From assembly GCA_051530055.1 (NCBI GenBank), contig CM121341.1:17152784-17216783 (forward strand): DNA of 64,000 nucleotides. Direction: 5' to 3'. Under the pieces are notes generated by a model, which saw only the letters and a program-made list of their open reading frames with translations, did no database searches and was not told the DNA's origin. The translations under genes and the position numbers were made by a program. Shown piece by piece: positions 23,519 to 35,761 of this stretch. Position 1 is the stretch's first letter, and every line of letters begins with the position of its first letter. The DNA comes from Neoechinorhynchus agilis (lineage: Eukaryota; Animalia; Acanthocephala).

Positions 23519-23710
23519 CCAATTAAAATTCCTTCAATTAGGTTTTTTGAGGCTACAATTAGCCAAACATGCATGGATAAAAATATGAATATTTATGTTG
23601 ATAAATCGATGATTAGCATTTGGTCTTCCGCTTGAAAAACGATACAATTTTTTATAAACGACGTGCGAAATTATCAATCACTGTTTAGACCAATTGCATC
23701 TAGGCAATGC

Positions 23711-23986
23711 TTAGCACATGCGCATTCCTCCTCCCATCATCCCAGGCATTCCTCCTCCCATCATTATAGGCATTCCTCCTCCCATCATCCCAGGCATTCC
23801 TCCTCCCATCATCCCAGGCATTCCGCCTCCCATCATGATCATTATTGGCGGCCTCATCATAGGTTGCATTGGTGGTCTCATCGGGGGCATTGGAGGTGGT
23901 ATTGGAGGCGGCATTTGTGGATAGTAATCATAGTAATAAGGTGGAGGGTAATCAGAGTAGTTTGGTCGTCTGTTAGAGGATCCCAT
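23711..23986 (-). CDS. Small Pro/Tyr- and Met/Gly-rich low-complexity protein with a (GGGMPGMM)x4 repeat; 5' exons uncertain
   Basis: ORF built on a 24-nt tandem repeat (cctcctcccatcatcccaggcatt). The strand was chosen from ATG and stop context. Confidence 0.55.
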   Translation of the reverse strand: MGSSNRRPNYSDYPPPYYYDYYPQMPPPIPPPMPPMRPPMQPMMRPPIMIMMGGGMPGMMGGGMPGMMGGGMPIMMGGGMPGMMGGGMRMC

Positions 23987-24552
23987 TTAGAAATAAGAAC
24001 TATTTTAGTAGAGAAAGGATGGTGTTTAAGTTTTCTTTTATAAGAACCGCTGTTACAAAGAGGTTTCTAGGTTAGTCACTAAAAGGAGTAAAGTAGCATA
24101 CAATGAGTAATCTCTTTCTCGTGGTGTAGGTTTGGAACAGTTGGAAGGGGCGGCGGTACGTTAGACTAATAGTACGAAAGCGACATATTTAGTGCTTAGT
24201 TCAGAGGTAATTAAAACGTTCTAATGTCTTCAATGTGGTTATCCTGACCTGGACTATGAAAGCGAGGGCAATGTCATCGGTGAAATGTCGACTATTTGAT
24301 GTAGTGTACGAGGTCAAAGATAAAACAATGAAGTTTTATAAGTATAATGATTAACAATAATCAGACTCCGCTTAAGACTCTAGATCGCGATTTTTATGTA
24401 GAATTTTTGATTGCGAGATCTTTGTGAACGAAGGTTGCTTAAAAATCCTACGTAAAAACGCTATCCGATTACATCTAAGAAAACAATTTTCGACCTTGGT
24501 CTATTCGTACAAAAATTAAGTGAAAACATTTTTAAATTGCCGTGTGACAAAA

Positions 24553-25026
24553 ATGAAGTGCTCGGGGAAATGCTCGTCGGACTTTGAAAATAATACCTTG
24601 ATCGTATACCGATCTATCGACAAAGACAACATTGGAACTATTGATAGAAACAAACTTGATTTTGGTTTAAGAGAGCTAGGATTGGATTTAAGTGAACTTG
24701 ATACATCTCAAATTTTCTGTTGTATAATAGATAGAATCGAGGATGGAAAAGTCAGTTTTGATGAGTTTAAGAAGGTTGCTCGCGTGGCAAAAGCGGAATC
24801 CGGTTATCATGAACATTATTCGATCAAAGATGTTTTTAGAAAGTTGGACACTGACAATAGTAAACAACTTGATTTTCAGGATGTCATAAAAGGTCTTAAA
24901 ATGATGAATCGCTTCTTTGACGAGGAGAAATCTCGTCATTGGTTCGAAATTATGGATGTGGATAATGATAGATTAATTGGCTTCTTTGAATTTTCCAGAA
25001 TTGTCCATATTGCTAAAGTTATTTGA
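24553..25026 (+). CDS. Calmodulin-like EF-hand calcium-binding protein
   Basis: Four EF-hand-like loops: DKDNIGTIDRNK, DRIEDGKVSFDE, DTDNSKQLDFQD and DVDNDRLIGFFE. Confidence 0.85.
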   Translation: MKCSGKCSSDFENNTLIVYRSIDKDNIGTIDRNKLDFGLRELGLDLSELDTSQIFCCIIDRIEDGKVSFDEFKKVARVAKAESGYHEHYSIKDVFRKLDTDNSKQLDFQDVIKGLKMMNRFFDEEKSRHWFEIMDVDNDRLIGFFEFSRIVHIAKVI

Positions 25027-25242
25027 TTTGTTGAAAAGAATAAGAGAGAAAAACGTGACTGTGAAAACTATTGATTTTATTTTTAATCTTTTCTTTTGAT
25101 TGGAACCCACTTTCGGGCGTGTGGCCTTTATAAGTTTTTATTATCGATTTATTCAGACTGCTCAACACCAACACATCTCTTAGCTGATATTTATTTTGTT
25201 TATTGAAACGTTAATTAAACGTCATCATAAAGAATTCCGGCC

Positions 25243-25680
25243 CTAAGTCTCGTTCTTTGCTTTATGGATTTTGTGATCCAGGAACTCTATTAAGAGTCTG
25301 TTTACAGCAATCGGAATCGCCATGACTACAAGCATTATGCTGAGTTCGGTCCCATGCATGAAATAGATCACAATGGCACCCACGATTGTTGTTAAAAACT
25401 GAACTGCGCAGATCCCGACCATTTCAATGAGATTGAATTTCCAGTTTTTTTTTAATAAGCCAGTCTTAAGACTCGATAGAACAATGATGATGGTCAAAGG
25501 CAAACAGAACCATTGAAAAACGTACTCATCGGCAGTGTTAACTTCAACACTTAAATGTTCTTGTGAATATTCTTTTCGATTAGCCAATAAGAATGCGATA
25601 ATCAACGAAGATAGCATATAAGGATGAAGGAAAGTGAGTCCCACCCATCGAGCTCTTTTTAAAATTGCTTCGTTAGTCAT
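25243..25680 (-). CDS. Hypothetical multi-pass membrane protein (~4 TM)
   Basis: 145-aa ATG ORF with four hydrophobic stretches; family not recognised. Confidence 0.6.
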   Translation of the reverse strand: MTNEAILKRARWVGLTFLHPYMLSSLIIAFLLANRKEYSQEHLSVEVNTADEYVFQWFCLPLTIIIVLSSLKTGLLKKNWKFNLIEMVGICAVQFLTTIVGAIVIYFMHGTELSIMLVVMAIPIAVNRLLIEFLDHKIHKAKNET

Positions 25681-26139
25681 TTGAAACAGTGAGTATTATA
25701 GTATTCAAAGGATGTCGGGGACTAATTGTAGACTTGAAAGAGCGACGTCTTGACTATTTCGACAGTGAATAGTTCTAAAAGACGCTTTATACGTTTTTTT
25801 GTAGAAAATCGTTTTCACGCCTTACTTCTTAAAAAGGCACGCAAAACTTGTTTCGATCCTTTTTAAATTCCAATTGTACAAGTTTAAATAGTAGCATAAT
25901 TTTGAACTTTGAAATGATTTATTTTCGTGAAATGAACACCTAGAAGATTATGATGTAACGTTGATAGATTGCTTATTTGAGAATCTTTTTTAACTTTGGA
26001 ACTTAGAAAAAATTAACATTAGTGTGCATAAATATAATTCTAGCAAGATAAATGCTCAATTTTTTATTGGTGCCATAAAGTGGTACCTACGGCATTTTCT
26101 TTTTTCCTTTCTTAAAGTCCATTATTGGCCTTAAGATGT

Positions 26140-27268
26140 TTATTTCTTACTGTAATTTCGAGTGTTGGTATAGAATCCGACTTTAGTAGATTGGAATATT
26201 CTATGATAAAGCACGATATTTTTAGAGGTTTTAAAAGAAGTAATATCAGCAATAAAAGTTTCCGATTTAAAAACATGAACTTGACTGATTGTGAGATGGA
26301 AACTGGATACCATGTCCTTTAGAAAACGAAACAAATCGTGATCCAGATACCCACAATTTACTTATTGTCACATTCCATCTTTCTTGAAAATAACATCCTA
26401 TCAAGCAGTCATGATTCAAAGAAAGCAAAGTTCTAAGAAACAAACCCTTAAATTTTTGTTTTTCGTTTACCTAGTTCAACATTCACGATCAACATTTCTT
26501 CGATATTCTACTTGTTCTCTAAATAAAATAATAAAAATTTGTTTTTGTAATCACGCTTTTCGACCACACAAACACTTTTCGCAACAAAAGTCCTTTGAAT
26601 TCCAAAATGACCGTTGAAAATACGTGTTTTATATTCATACTTTTGAACGCTAACAACAATATTGAAAAACTCTGAACCTATTACGAACGGATGTATCTAT
26701 AAAACGAAATATACCTACATCGATGAATGGTGTTCGCTTTGTATATTCGCTCCATGAATCTACTTAAGGCCGATTTGGTGCTCATAGCGCTTAGCATTGA
26801 AAGCATCTCCTTATTCCCCATTTTGGCCTCACCGTTTCTACTGATTTTAGTTAATCTGGTTTTTAGCCAATATATTTGCGTTGTTCGCACTTGCACACTC
26901 GCTTTAGGTTCCTCGAATGTGTTGACTATAATTGAACTGCCTTAAACAAGCGGTGTTAAGTATTTATCCATACGATATTGTTCCATTTTTTCCAGGTTTG
27001 TGACTTTAGTCTTCCCTTCGATTGCCGAATGGACGACGACATATTCACTTAACGAGAAAATTAATCTTTGCTCCGTAACGGAATAATATTGAACGGGCAT
27101 GAATTTACATCGTATATCCACCGGTTCAAATATAGTCATCACACTCGAAAACTCGCTTCTATTAAACCTACTGTATCGAGTGTGACTTGCAGACGTTTTT
27201 AATGTTAGAGGTGAAGGCAAATAAGCTGGAAAAATAAAATAGTGAGATTCCCTTAATCTTTCATTCAT
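26140..27268 (-). CDS. Hypothetical multi-exon protein (exon boundaries approximate)
   Basis: Three successive same-strand ORF blocks (26942-27268, 26681-26896, 26140-26334) separated by intron-sized gaps. Confidence 0.35.
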
Positions 27269-27629
27269 TCTACGGTTCGAAAAAGTTGAAATATGCAGAT
27301 TTTAAGTTGTATAATTTGTTATAGAGAAATGGAAAATTCTAGATAATTAATTGCCATCATTCGTTGGGAAATTAGTCGATAATCCACTAACTTTTCCAGG
27401 TTAACCAAGAATTCTTAATAAGCGAACCGTCGCATTGTTGATGTTTTTATCGCGATAATTAAAGGGAAATGCTTTTGCAAAGTTCATTTTCAGGGCCTTC
27501 AGCATCTTCTGAAATTAGATGCTATTAAGATATTATTTTATTTTTCGTTAATTTGCAATTCTTAAAACAGGAACTCCGTTCCCATGGAAACTAATTTAGT
27601 CTCCAAAATCATCATATAAAAGTGCTACA

Positions 27630-28637
27630 TTGCATTTGATGGACCGACAGACGTCAGTGAATGCTTTTTCGAATTGCTTAAAATTGATAGCAAACGAGGA
27701 TGTCGCTTCGAAGGCTCAATCAAATTATCTTTTTCCTTGTTATAATACCCGTGACACAAAGGAAATGGTTGGAAATTTTTTAGGTAGCTTTATTAAGGAG
27801 ATTGGTGAGGGGAATGAGATTAGCATATTACTGAGAGCGATTCAATTAGAAATAAAGGAAATATTGAATAATCGAGCCAAGGAGCAGCGTTCTTATATTG
27901 CAAGAGCGGAACGAATGTCATCAAGAGTTAGAGATGTGGCGTTCTTTAAGAAAAAGTTTGATGATATAAGAAGGATTTTTACGATTTTGGAAATCGATAA
28001 GGTGCAAAGAAAATTGGCGGATGATTTGCACACAGAAAATAACGACGGAGATCAAACTCAATACAGTCTTAAAGAAGAAGTCATGCGTCTTGAAGATGAG
28101 TACAATGGACAGCTTTGTCGTCTTGATGAACTTAGTTCTCGACTCCAAGAAGGTACATTGAAGTTTTTAAATGAAAAACCTCCCGACTTTAAAGTCGTTA
28201 ATGTAGAACCTGTTCTCGGATTAGATGTAGTTTTTCGAGATATTGACGGACTTTTTGACGATGAGGAGATTGTTACACCGATTATTGAACCACAGTCTCA
28301 CGAAGACGCTTCAGTGGAGATTGTGAATCAAAGGGGCGTGTGATTCGCAACGGAAAAATCCGACGAGGGACTAAGACCAGGTCGTCGAGTTCGAAATGAT
28401 TCAATGTTCAATATGATGATCGATCTTATTAATGAGTACGACCTCGATTCATCCTTTCTTACATTTCAAGATGCTAAGATTTTTGACGATGCAGAGGATA
28501 GAAAAATCTTTCAGCACGTTAAATGTTCATATGACAGTACTTTAACGACAAAAGAGGCAGATCCTTTCAAAATGTGTACAACCGGAGGATGCAAATTATG
28601 TGAACTTTATGGAAAAATATATTCCTTGATATTTTAA
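27630..28637 (+). CDS. Hypothetical coiled-coil protein; two in-frame ORFs separated by one TGA (28341-28343)
   Basis: The 237-aa ORF continues in frame past the TGA into the 28404-28637 ORF. Confidence 0.5.
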
Positions 28638-30550
28638 ACGAGAGCCTTTAAGGGTGTTCAAATATAAATCCGATTTCCGAACTAAATCCAAACAATACAT
28701 TATCTATAAACAAAAAATGACAATAATTCACAAGCTTGTTAGAAGGACCTCCAACATAAAAAAACAAACTTCTTTGCTTTACATAGATTTCATAAGTTTT
28801 GTATACAAGGATTTTACTTTATTTAATTATTTATCGCACAGCCTCACACATCCAGTTTTACTTAACAAACTATTTCAGATGCATTAGGTGCATTTAAAAT
28901 ATTAAATAGTTATTATTTAAAACACATGCGCCAACGGCTCTCTTTTTACATTTATTTTGACTTTTGATTCTCTCATAATATTCAGTAGCCGACGATTACT
29001 TGTGCAATTTATCTCCGGATTTTTTCCTAAACGTCTCAAATCTTTTTGCAATTGAATAAAAATCATAAATTTTGAGTTTAACAGGAATGCAGGAAACAGG
29101 AACGAACGTCACAAGTTAACGCTTTTGGTATTATGGGAAAAAGTATTCTGAATATGATTGCACGGAACTATCTATTTAAATTATACAATTTCTATCACAA
29201 TTTGTCAATTATAAAACGATTACAAGGAAAAATCGAAGAGCAGTTTAAGTATATTTATATCCTACTTTAAGCGTTCAGTTGTTTGATATTTTTCGCACAA
29301 AATCAAGGCATTGTCTTTAATAGGGCACTTTTAAACGCACTTAAAAATGGTGCCAAAAATTCGAATAAAAACTCGTAAATAGTCAACTTTAATCAGTATA
29401 CGATTCGTGATTGAAAATCAATGTGTTCTCGGTTGACTGTCAAAATTTGTTTTAAATCCTGATGTATTGAACACTAAGCGATATTTCAACAACCAAGGTA
29501 TGGATTTTAATTGGTTCGAACGCAACTGTCACATCGTCTAAAGACAAAGCGGGCAGAAATGTAGGGAAAAACATCGCGGCGAGGCGAGACTGATCTAACA
29601 AACGCCAATCGAATAAAATTGTAAGATACCCACCCCTCTGAGGCGCCGCGAGCCAGATAAAACTTTGGTTAAAATATAAACGCTTACATCGTTCCGTCGC
29701 GTATTCGCTGAGCATTTAAATAGATGTTCGTAGAAAATATTTAGAAAAAAATCCGCGTGCTTTTGTAAGCTATTAAAAGGAATTGATTTATAGACAATCT
29801 CACGTGCGATTGTATAGTCCCTAAGAATGAAGGCAAAAACTACAATCATGAATGGTATACATTAATGTTTAAAAATATTTGGATAATCTATTAGTGCTAT
29901 ACATCTCCACCGATGTTATTCGACACAACATTAGGTGCTCAATGTAAGAGCTCAGCGAACAGGAAACGTATTAGCGATTTTTAAACTAAAAAATCAAAGC
30001 ACCATTGTTAAGTTGGCTATTATTATCTGTTGAATGACAAATAATTTCGATGCAAAACCATCTAAGTTTTGTCGATGTGTGAATGAATCCGGCGAGGTTC
30101 GAAACGTCTTTAATAAAAAATTATTTACAAAGTGAAGACTTTAAACAATAATTTCATCTCAGTTTTATGCTGCAAATTTTCGCCCTCCCTCTAATTTTGA
30201 TCGTTATGCAAATTTGTAGAAGTCAGCATGTCTTTTACACCAATAAAAACATTATCGAGAGCTATAACTTCGAGTTATATTTATCCAATTATTGGCATTA
30301 TTCTCAAAAAATTAATTACTCCAAGTGTCGTTGCACAGTAAAAATGATCGCGCCCAGAAATAAATTATAAAATGTTTCGACGCGACTTATTTAACTTCCT
30401 TGATGAGCATTAAGTACTACGCTTTTTCTAGCAGTATTGAAATATAGTCTAATTATTTAATGTTGCTTCTTATACCTCGTTTATTTATGATATCAGCATA
30501 ATTTTTCTAGCATTATGAATTAAATGAATAAAATTTTAAATTATTTATTT

Positions 30551-31316
30551 TCAGTTATAGTAATAATTGTAATATTCTGGATTATAATAAAAGTGTTGGT
30601 CTTGGTAATTTCCTTGGTCGTTATTATAATACTCGTTATAGTTAGAATGTGAAAATTGTTGTACATTTCCAATTTCAACATGCTCTTGATTTTGAGTCAG
30701 TTGAGCACAATCATCTCTAGGAGGATGTCGATTTTTGCGGCGTTCCTTCGCTCTACGATTACTGAACCAATTCTAAAATTCGCTATGTAAATCGTAAGAT
30801 TGAATGCATTTTATTATTAACCTGAATAATATTTTCCGGGACATTGAGTTGACAAGACAATTGCTCCCGTGTCAACTTAGAAGGATTAGGAATTTGATCA
30901 AACGTGTACTCCAACACTTGAAGCTGATGATGGTCGAAAACTGCTCTTGGCCTTCTGTTAGAGCTCCTTCTACTTTCCGAACTGGGCAAAATATTGGTAA
31001 GTGGACCAGGATGTACCTGACCCGTTTTTTTATACCTAAACTAGAAGTTTAACATATTTTTAAAATAATTTTAGTGAATACCTTGTGAGGATTTTGGAGA
31101 CACATCCATGACTAATTTGGAGCAGACGACTGATATCCGAGGCCCTTTTTCCTTCGCAAAAAAGACGAATAATTTCAAGACGCTTATGGGTAGGTATAGC
31201 TTTTCCTGCGCAATAGCTGCCACCTAATTGATTTCGCTTTGGGTTTTCTAGACAAATTTGGACAAAGTCGTTGTTTTTATGTGAATCAAGCAGAACTTAC
31301 CAATTTCAATATCCAT
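30551..31316 (-). CDS. Divergent Pax-type transcription factor: paired-domain PAI subdomain plus S50 homeodomain, no RED subdomain; 4 exons (31316-31301, 31247-31082, 31035-30822, 30772-30551)
   Basis: NQLGGSYCAGKAIPTHKRLEII…ASDISRLLQISHGCVSKILTR/YKKTGQVHPG, then RRPRAVF…IIQ/NWFSNRRAKERR. Introns fall at positions typical of Pax/PRD genes. Confidence 0.85.
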
Positions 31317-32184
31317 AATGTTTCAATAGAAAAATTAACGCTCTTTGAGACGAGCGATTGCTTGAATTTCACACCAGTTCATGCTATATTGCTCCAGCCA
31401 ATCATATTACAGCATTTATATGCAATTAATTATCAGTAAAAAAGTGCAACGATCTCTAATTTAGATATTAAGCATCATTGAACGTCAATGGCGGCCCCTA
31501 ATTTCCCGCCATAGTCTGAGGCCAATGTGATTTTTTCAAAAGTTAGAGTCACCAGCCGTTATATGGATGGTTGCGCAATGGTGAAAAAGGCTACTTAGTT
31601 TTTATCTTTAATTCTTAATATCTCATAAGTCATTTTGTGATAAAATCTTACAATTTATAAATGATTCAGTTTGATTCGTGTTTTTTAATTTTGAAATAAT
31701 AAACAATTTCCTGTGAAGCAAAATCCAATTTAGTTAAAAAATATCATTTTAATCCCAGCTATTGAATCATATTTTATCATCTATAGAATTCAAATTATTT
31801 AGGTAATACTTTTGCTTTCAAATTATTCAAATCGCTCCTCTTGTCACATTTCGAAATTCGCAGAAAGCAAAAGGGGCAAGAATAGATAGATTTTAAATTA
31901 TCTTCAATAGGCCAATCGATCAAGTGACATTAGCTATAATATATTAAGCATCTAGTTAATGTTCGATCATACTTAGAAAAATCCAGAAACTTCTTCGGCA
32001 AGGAAAATTTTTACCAAATAATTGTTGTAACTTATGGTATTATTTCCGATAATTTTTGTATAAAAATGTTCGACTTTTGAATACGCAAAACAAACTTTTC
32101 ATTTTTTATCGCAACTGACTAAGAGAGCAGTGCTAACGGATTTTTTTAATCTTTCCCGAGAGTAAATGAATGAAAGCAGATACT

Positions 32185-33698
32185 TTAATCAAATAGTGGA
32201 AAAGAGGCACAAGCAGCATTCCGTAAGTCAGACAAGAGGACGCTAATAGCAGCCATTCCTTCGAACAACGAGTAAGGATTGTCAGGCTCCATGAGCGCGG
32301 TTTCGTTGAACGTTTTATTATTGACGGCAAAATCAGCGAAACATTTGGCTCGTTGCAGATTTTCAAGCTTTTCGTGGTCGTCCGTGGTGATTTGACTTAA
32401 TTTGAGGAAAGCATAACCGTTGCCACAAACTCCATGGCACAGACCGGGGCCCTTTTTCAACAATCCACGCTGCCATACCGCATTGGCGATTCGTCTACAG
32501 ACCTGAAGATAATCTTGAGCACGAGGACTTCCTGTAGCACCGTAAATCATGTATGCCTTAGCAAATAAATGTATAATACCTCAATGGAGTTAGTTTAAAA
32601 AGAAGAAATAAATAGGCTATACTAACCGGGTCCGCCATGGCACCAATGGTAGAGTTTATCAGGAGAATGGAGATCGCTGGAAACACGAGTAAAGAAATTT
32701 CCTAAATCATGTTTGGTATCATATAAACTCGAAAATACAAATATACCATTTTTATTTTCTAAACTTAGACAGAAATCGATTGATGACTGAACCAAAGGCT
32801 TTTGTTGCTCATCCAGGAGATGATGAAATTGAAGAAGCGCCAATAAGATACCAGATAATCCATGTGCTATTCCCAAATAATCGCTTCCATGCCAGTAGTA
32901 CGAAAGAGGGGTGCCGTGTCCGCCAGAGGTTCTAACACCTTCGCTTATTAGAATGTCACAAATCGCTTTCACGTATTGATCAGGTACCAAGGTCTAAAAA
33001 AATTTCTTACAAAATAACTTTTTATAATACTCGAAAACCTCACGAAGTTCTCGTCTCCAGGTCGAAATAAGACACAATAGACCGGCTAATCCATATAAGA
33101 CTTCATATTCCATTCGAACTGCATTACCCTCGATGACTTGTCTCAGCAAAGACTCGAATTGATGAGTTATAGACCGATCGATCGATTCCGGTCCTCCTAT
33201 CAGGTGTAAGCTGATTGCATTCGCAAATAATTCAGCGGGTTTTCCAAAAAACATTGATATAATATTTCGATTATCTGTATCTCTATTTTTTCGAATGTGA
33301 TCACAAAGAGATGAAATCACATCTTTTGGAACTAATATCCCGTTTTGCTGTATTCTAAAACAAGCGTAGAGAAGGCCACTGGCATTCGTGTAGATGCCAC
33401 CTCCGTGATGATGAGAGCTTCGAGATGAAGTTACTTTTCTTATGCATTTTTGAAGTGCACTGATTATTTCAGGAATTCAGGGAAGAGATTGAGAAAGTCG
33501 AATGTTTAGGACAGAATTTTTGTCGTCAACTAAAAGTGGAAGTAGCGGCAATCCCATTGAAACCTTTAATAGTAAGAAAAGAGAACAAAATCACCCCTTA
33601 AATTCCTGATTTATTTCCTTGTCCGATAAATGATCAATCCGCGCACATGCGGCATCTATAATCGCTTGATCGTTGTATGGATTTTCAAAATACCTCAT
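32185..33698 (-). CDS. LANCL3: LanC-like protein (closest in motifs to LANCL3), multi-exon
   Basis: MRYFENPYND, GGIYTNASG, EVLYGLAG, YLGIAHG, HWCHGGPG, KKGPGLCHG and PYSLFEG. Confidence 0.85.
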
Positions 33699-33841
33699 CT
33701 AAAAAAAGAAGAATAGCTCATGATTCTCAAATTTTAACAATTTGTTATAATGGCTCAAACCATATACTTTTAATACACAACAAAGGATTAAAAAGTTTCT
33801 AGAGACTTAAGTGTCTCGGAGTTAACTTTTTAAAGAAAGAT

Positions 33842-34435
33842 TTACACTTCGTCTCCATATTCTCCGCCATCATCTTCATCATAATTCTCCCCTGGATCAA
33901 AATAGTTAGTCGTGTAGTCAAGATCTGCTTCATCAGCAGAATCCGATGCATCCACGACTTCGTCTTCCTCAACTTCTTTTTCATCATCGGTTGCCTCTTC
34001 GACTTCGAACTTTGCCGTTTCTGTAAAATCCTTAATCTTAGCAATGTTTATTCTTGGCCCATTACGCGCACCGCCGTTTCTGGCACCTCGGGGTTCCGTC
34101 TTCTTAGGTCGCTTCAACAATTCTTTAGGTAGAATGCGCTCATAAACTCCCATAATAGTCGGATCTTTAAAATTCGCCACCAAATTTTCCACTTTGTTCC
34201 AGCAGTCACAGTATGCGTCCTTCTTACTCCTACTTTTCCTAATAAAATCTTTTTCGATATCAAAGAAATCAGAGAATGTTTGCTCCGATAATCTCTTGTC
34301 AAGATCGTGAAGGTGACTCGTATCGCCTCGAAGTGGAGAGAAATTGTCGCTCTGTTGCTCCGCCTCAACTTGCGGCATCATCTGTCTTATTTGAGAAGCT
34401 AATCCTCCACGTCCTCCACGGCGTTTCGGTGGCAT
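33842..34435 (-). CDS. POLR3G: RNA polymerase III subunit RPC7 (C31), intronless
   Basis: RGGRGG N-terminus, RILPKEL motif and acidic tail ending DYTTNYFDPGENYDEDD. Confidence 0.85.
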   Translation of the reverse strand: MPPKRRGGRGGLASQIRQMMPQVEAEQQSDNFSPLRGDTSHLHDLDKRLSEQTFSDFFDIEKDFIRKSRSKKDAYCDCWNKVENLVANFKDPTIMGVYERILPKELLKRPKKTEPRGARNGGARNGPRINIAKIKDFTETAKFEVEEATDDEKEVEEDEVVDASDSADEADLDYTTNYFDPGENYDEDDGGEYGDEV

Positions 34436-35104
34436 TATCTTGAATTTTAAAACAAACTTAAGCACCAAATTTGAATTTCTATTGACTAAGGCGCCTAATA
34501 GTCTAGTTTTTAAAGCATACTGAAAAATCCTGGAATATTATCAAAAAAAATAAAATTTATTTTTTCAAATTTCTTTTAAGTGATCCCAAAATAAGCATTT
34601 GAACGCTCAATACTATTTCCGTACTTAAAATTAATGACGACCGTTTAAGCTATGATTTAGAAGTGTTTTAAGTCCTTCGTAAAGCACAAAGTTGCAGTGC
34701 AAGGTAAAAATTTTAAGATGGAACATTAATTGAACTGAACGAAAAATTCGATTGCTAAAAACTTCTTTTTTTGTAAAAGTACATTTATGTGCTAATAATT
34801 TTGAGCTAGAATCGAAATTACAGATCGAAACTCTACCGCTCAATCAATAATTTTCTTCCGACTCATTTTTCAATAATCAAAAAAGAATTGCACAAAAATT
34901 CAAACCCACAAAATTGAACTTTCGAATAATTTCCCAAAGTTAATTAGAAAATACTTTCTAAGGGTGTGAAGATGATTCGCTACTACGGAAGAAATACTCG
35001 CAAATCAGTGGTTTATTTCTCCATCGATGTGGCATTCCAAGTGGTCTTTTGCCCATGGTATGGCATTCCGCCAAATGTTGACGCAAAGGCCGTTCAGCTT
35101 TGAT

Positions 35105-35252
35105 TATTTATAATAATGACGTTTATTGTTTAACAAATACAAAGAATAGGACCCATGTACCTTAGGTTCCTCATAAACACTCGAGTTCAGAGTTGTTCAA
35201 AAACGTGTATCCGTTCCGGTGGGAATATTCGGTCGCAGGATGCCCGTTTGGG
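35105..35252 (-). mobile_element. Short 3'-terminal fragment of the CRE element seen at 16.1 kb
   Basis: Near-identity to 16090-16235 (gtttattgtttaacaaatacaaagaataggacccatgtacctt…). Confidence 0.8.
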
Positions 35253-35761
35253 TGATTTAGATAACCTTTCGATTGTCATGGGGCTAACATCGTTCGCTGG
35301 ACATCTCGTAGACCACGAAGTTTCGCGTGCAAATCGAATCTTGTCGGCCATTTGTGTCCAAGGAATTCCCTGGTCCATGAGTACACATCGATGACCGGTG
35401 CTAAACATCTTTCCGGCGTTTCGTGATGCCCAGCTCTCGTCAGGATTCGCCGAATTGCAGGCGCACTTCTGTGGACAATCCGAAAATCCATTCCCGATAG
35501 TCGCAGCAGCTTTCGAACGTCACTAGTGAACTTTTTATTGATATATTTTTACCTTGAGAATCGGTATTCGTATATGTCGATTCTCTTGATTGACACCGCT
35601 GCTAAAATCACATAATCTCTTTACGTGAATATCCATCATCCGCAAAAATTCCGTTCACTCTGTATATCGCCAATTGTTTATCCGTTAATGACGATGAACG
35701 AACCAGAGATTTAATGCGCATCTCAACGTAAATTGCATGTTTTAAAGAAGTTGTTCATGAA

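Noticed and set aside
23663-24043. Plus-strand His-rich and Ile/Pro-rich ORFs
   Set aside because: They are antisense shadows of the 24-nt coding repeat on the minus strand.
28640-28800. SECIS element for the in-frame UGA at 28341
   Set aside because: No convincing AUGA/GA quartet with a correctly spaced apical AA was seen by eye.
35255-35520. Tc1-like transposase fragment (AIRRILTRAG; KIRFARE)
   Set aside because: The motifs are short, in different frames, and lack TIRs or a DDE core; they cannot be supported without a search.
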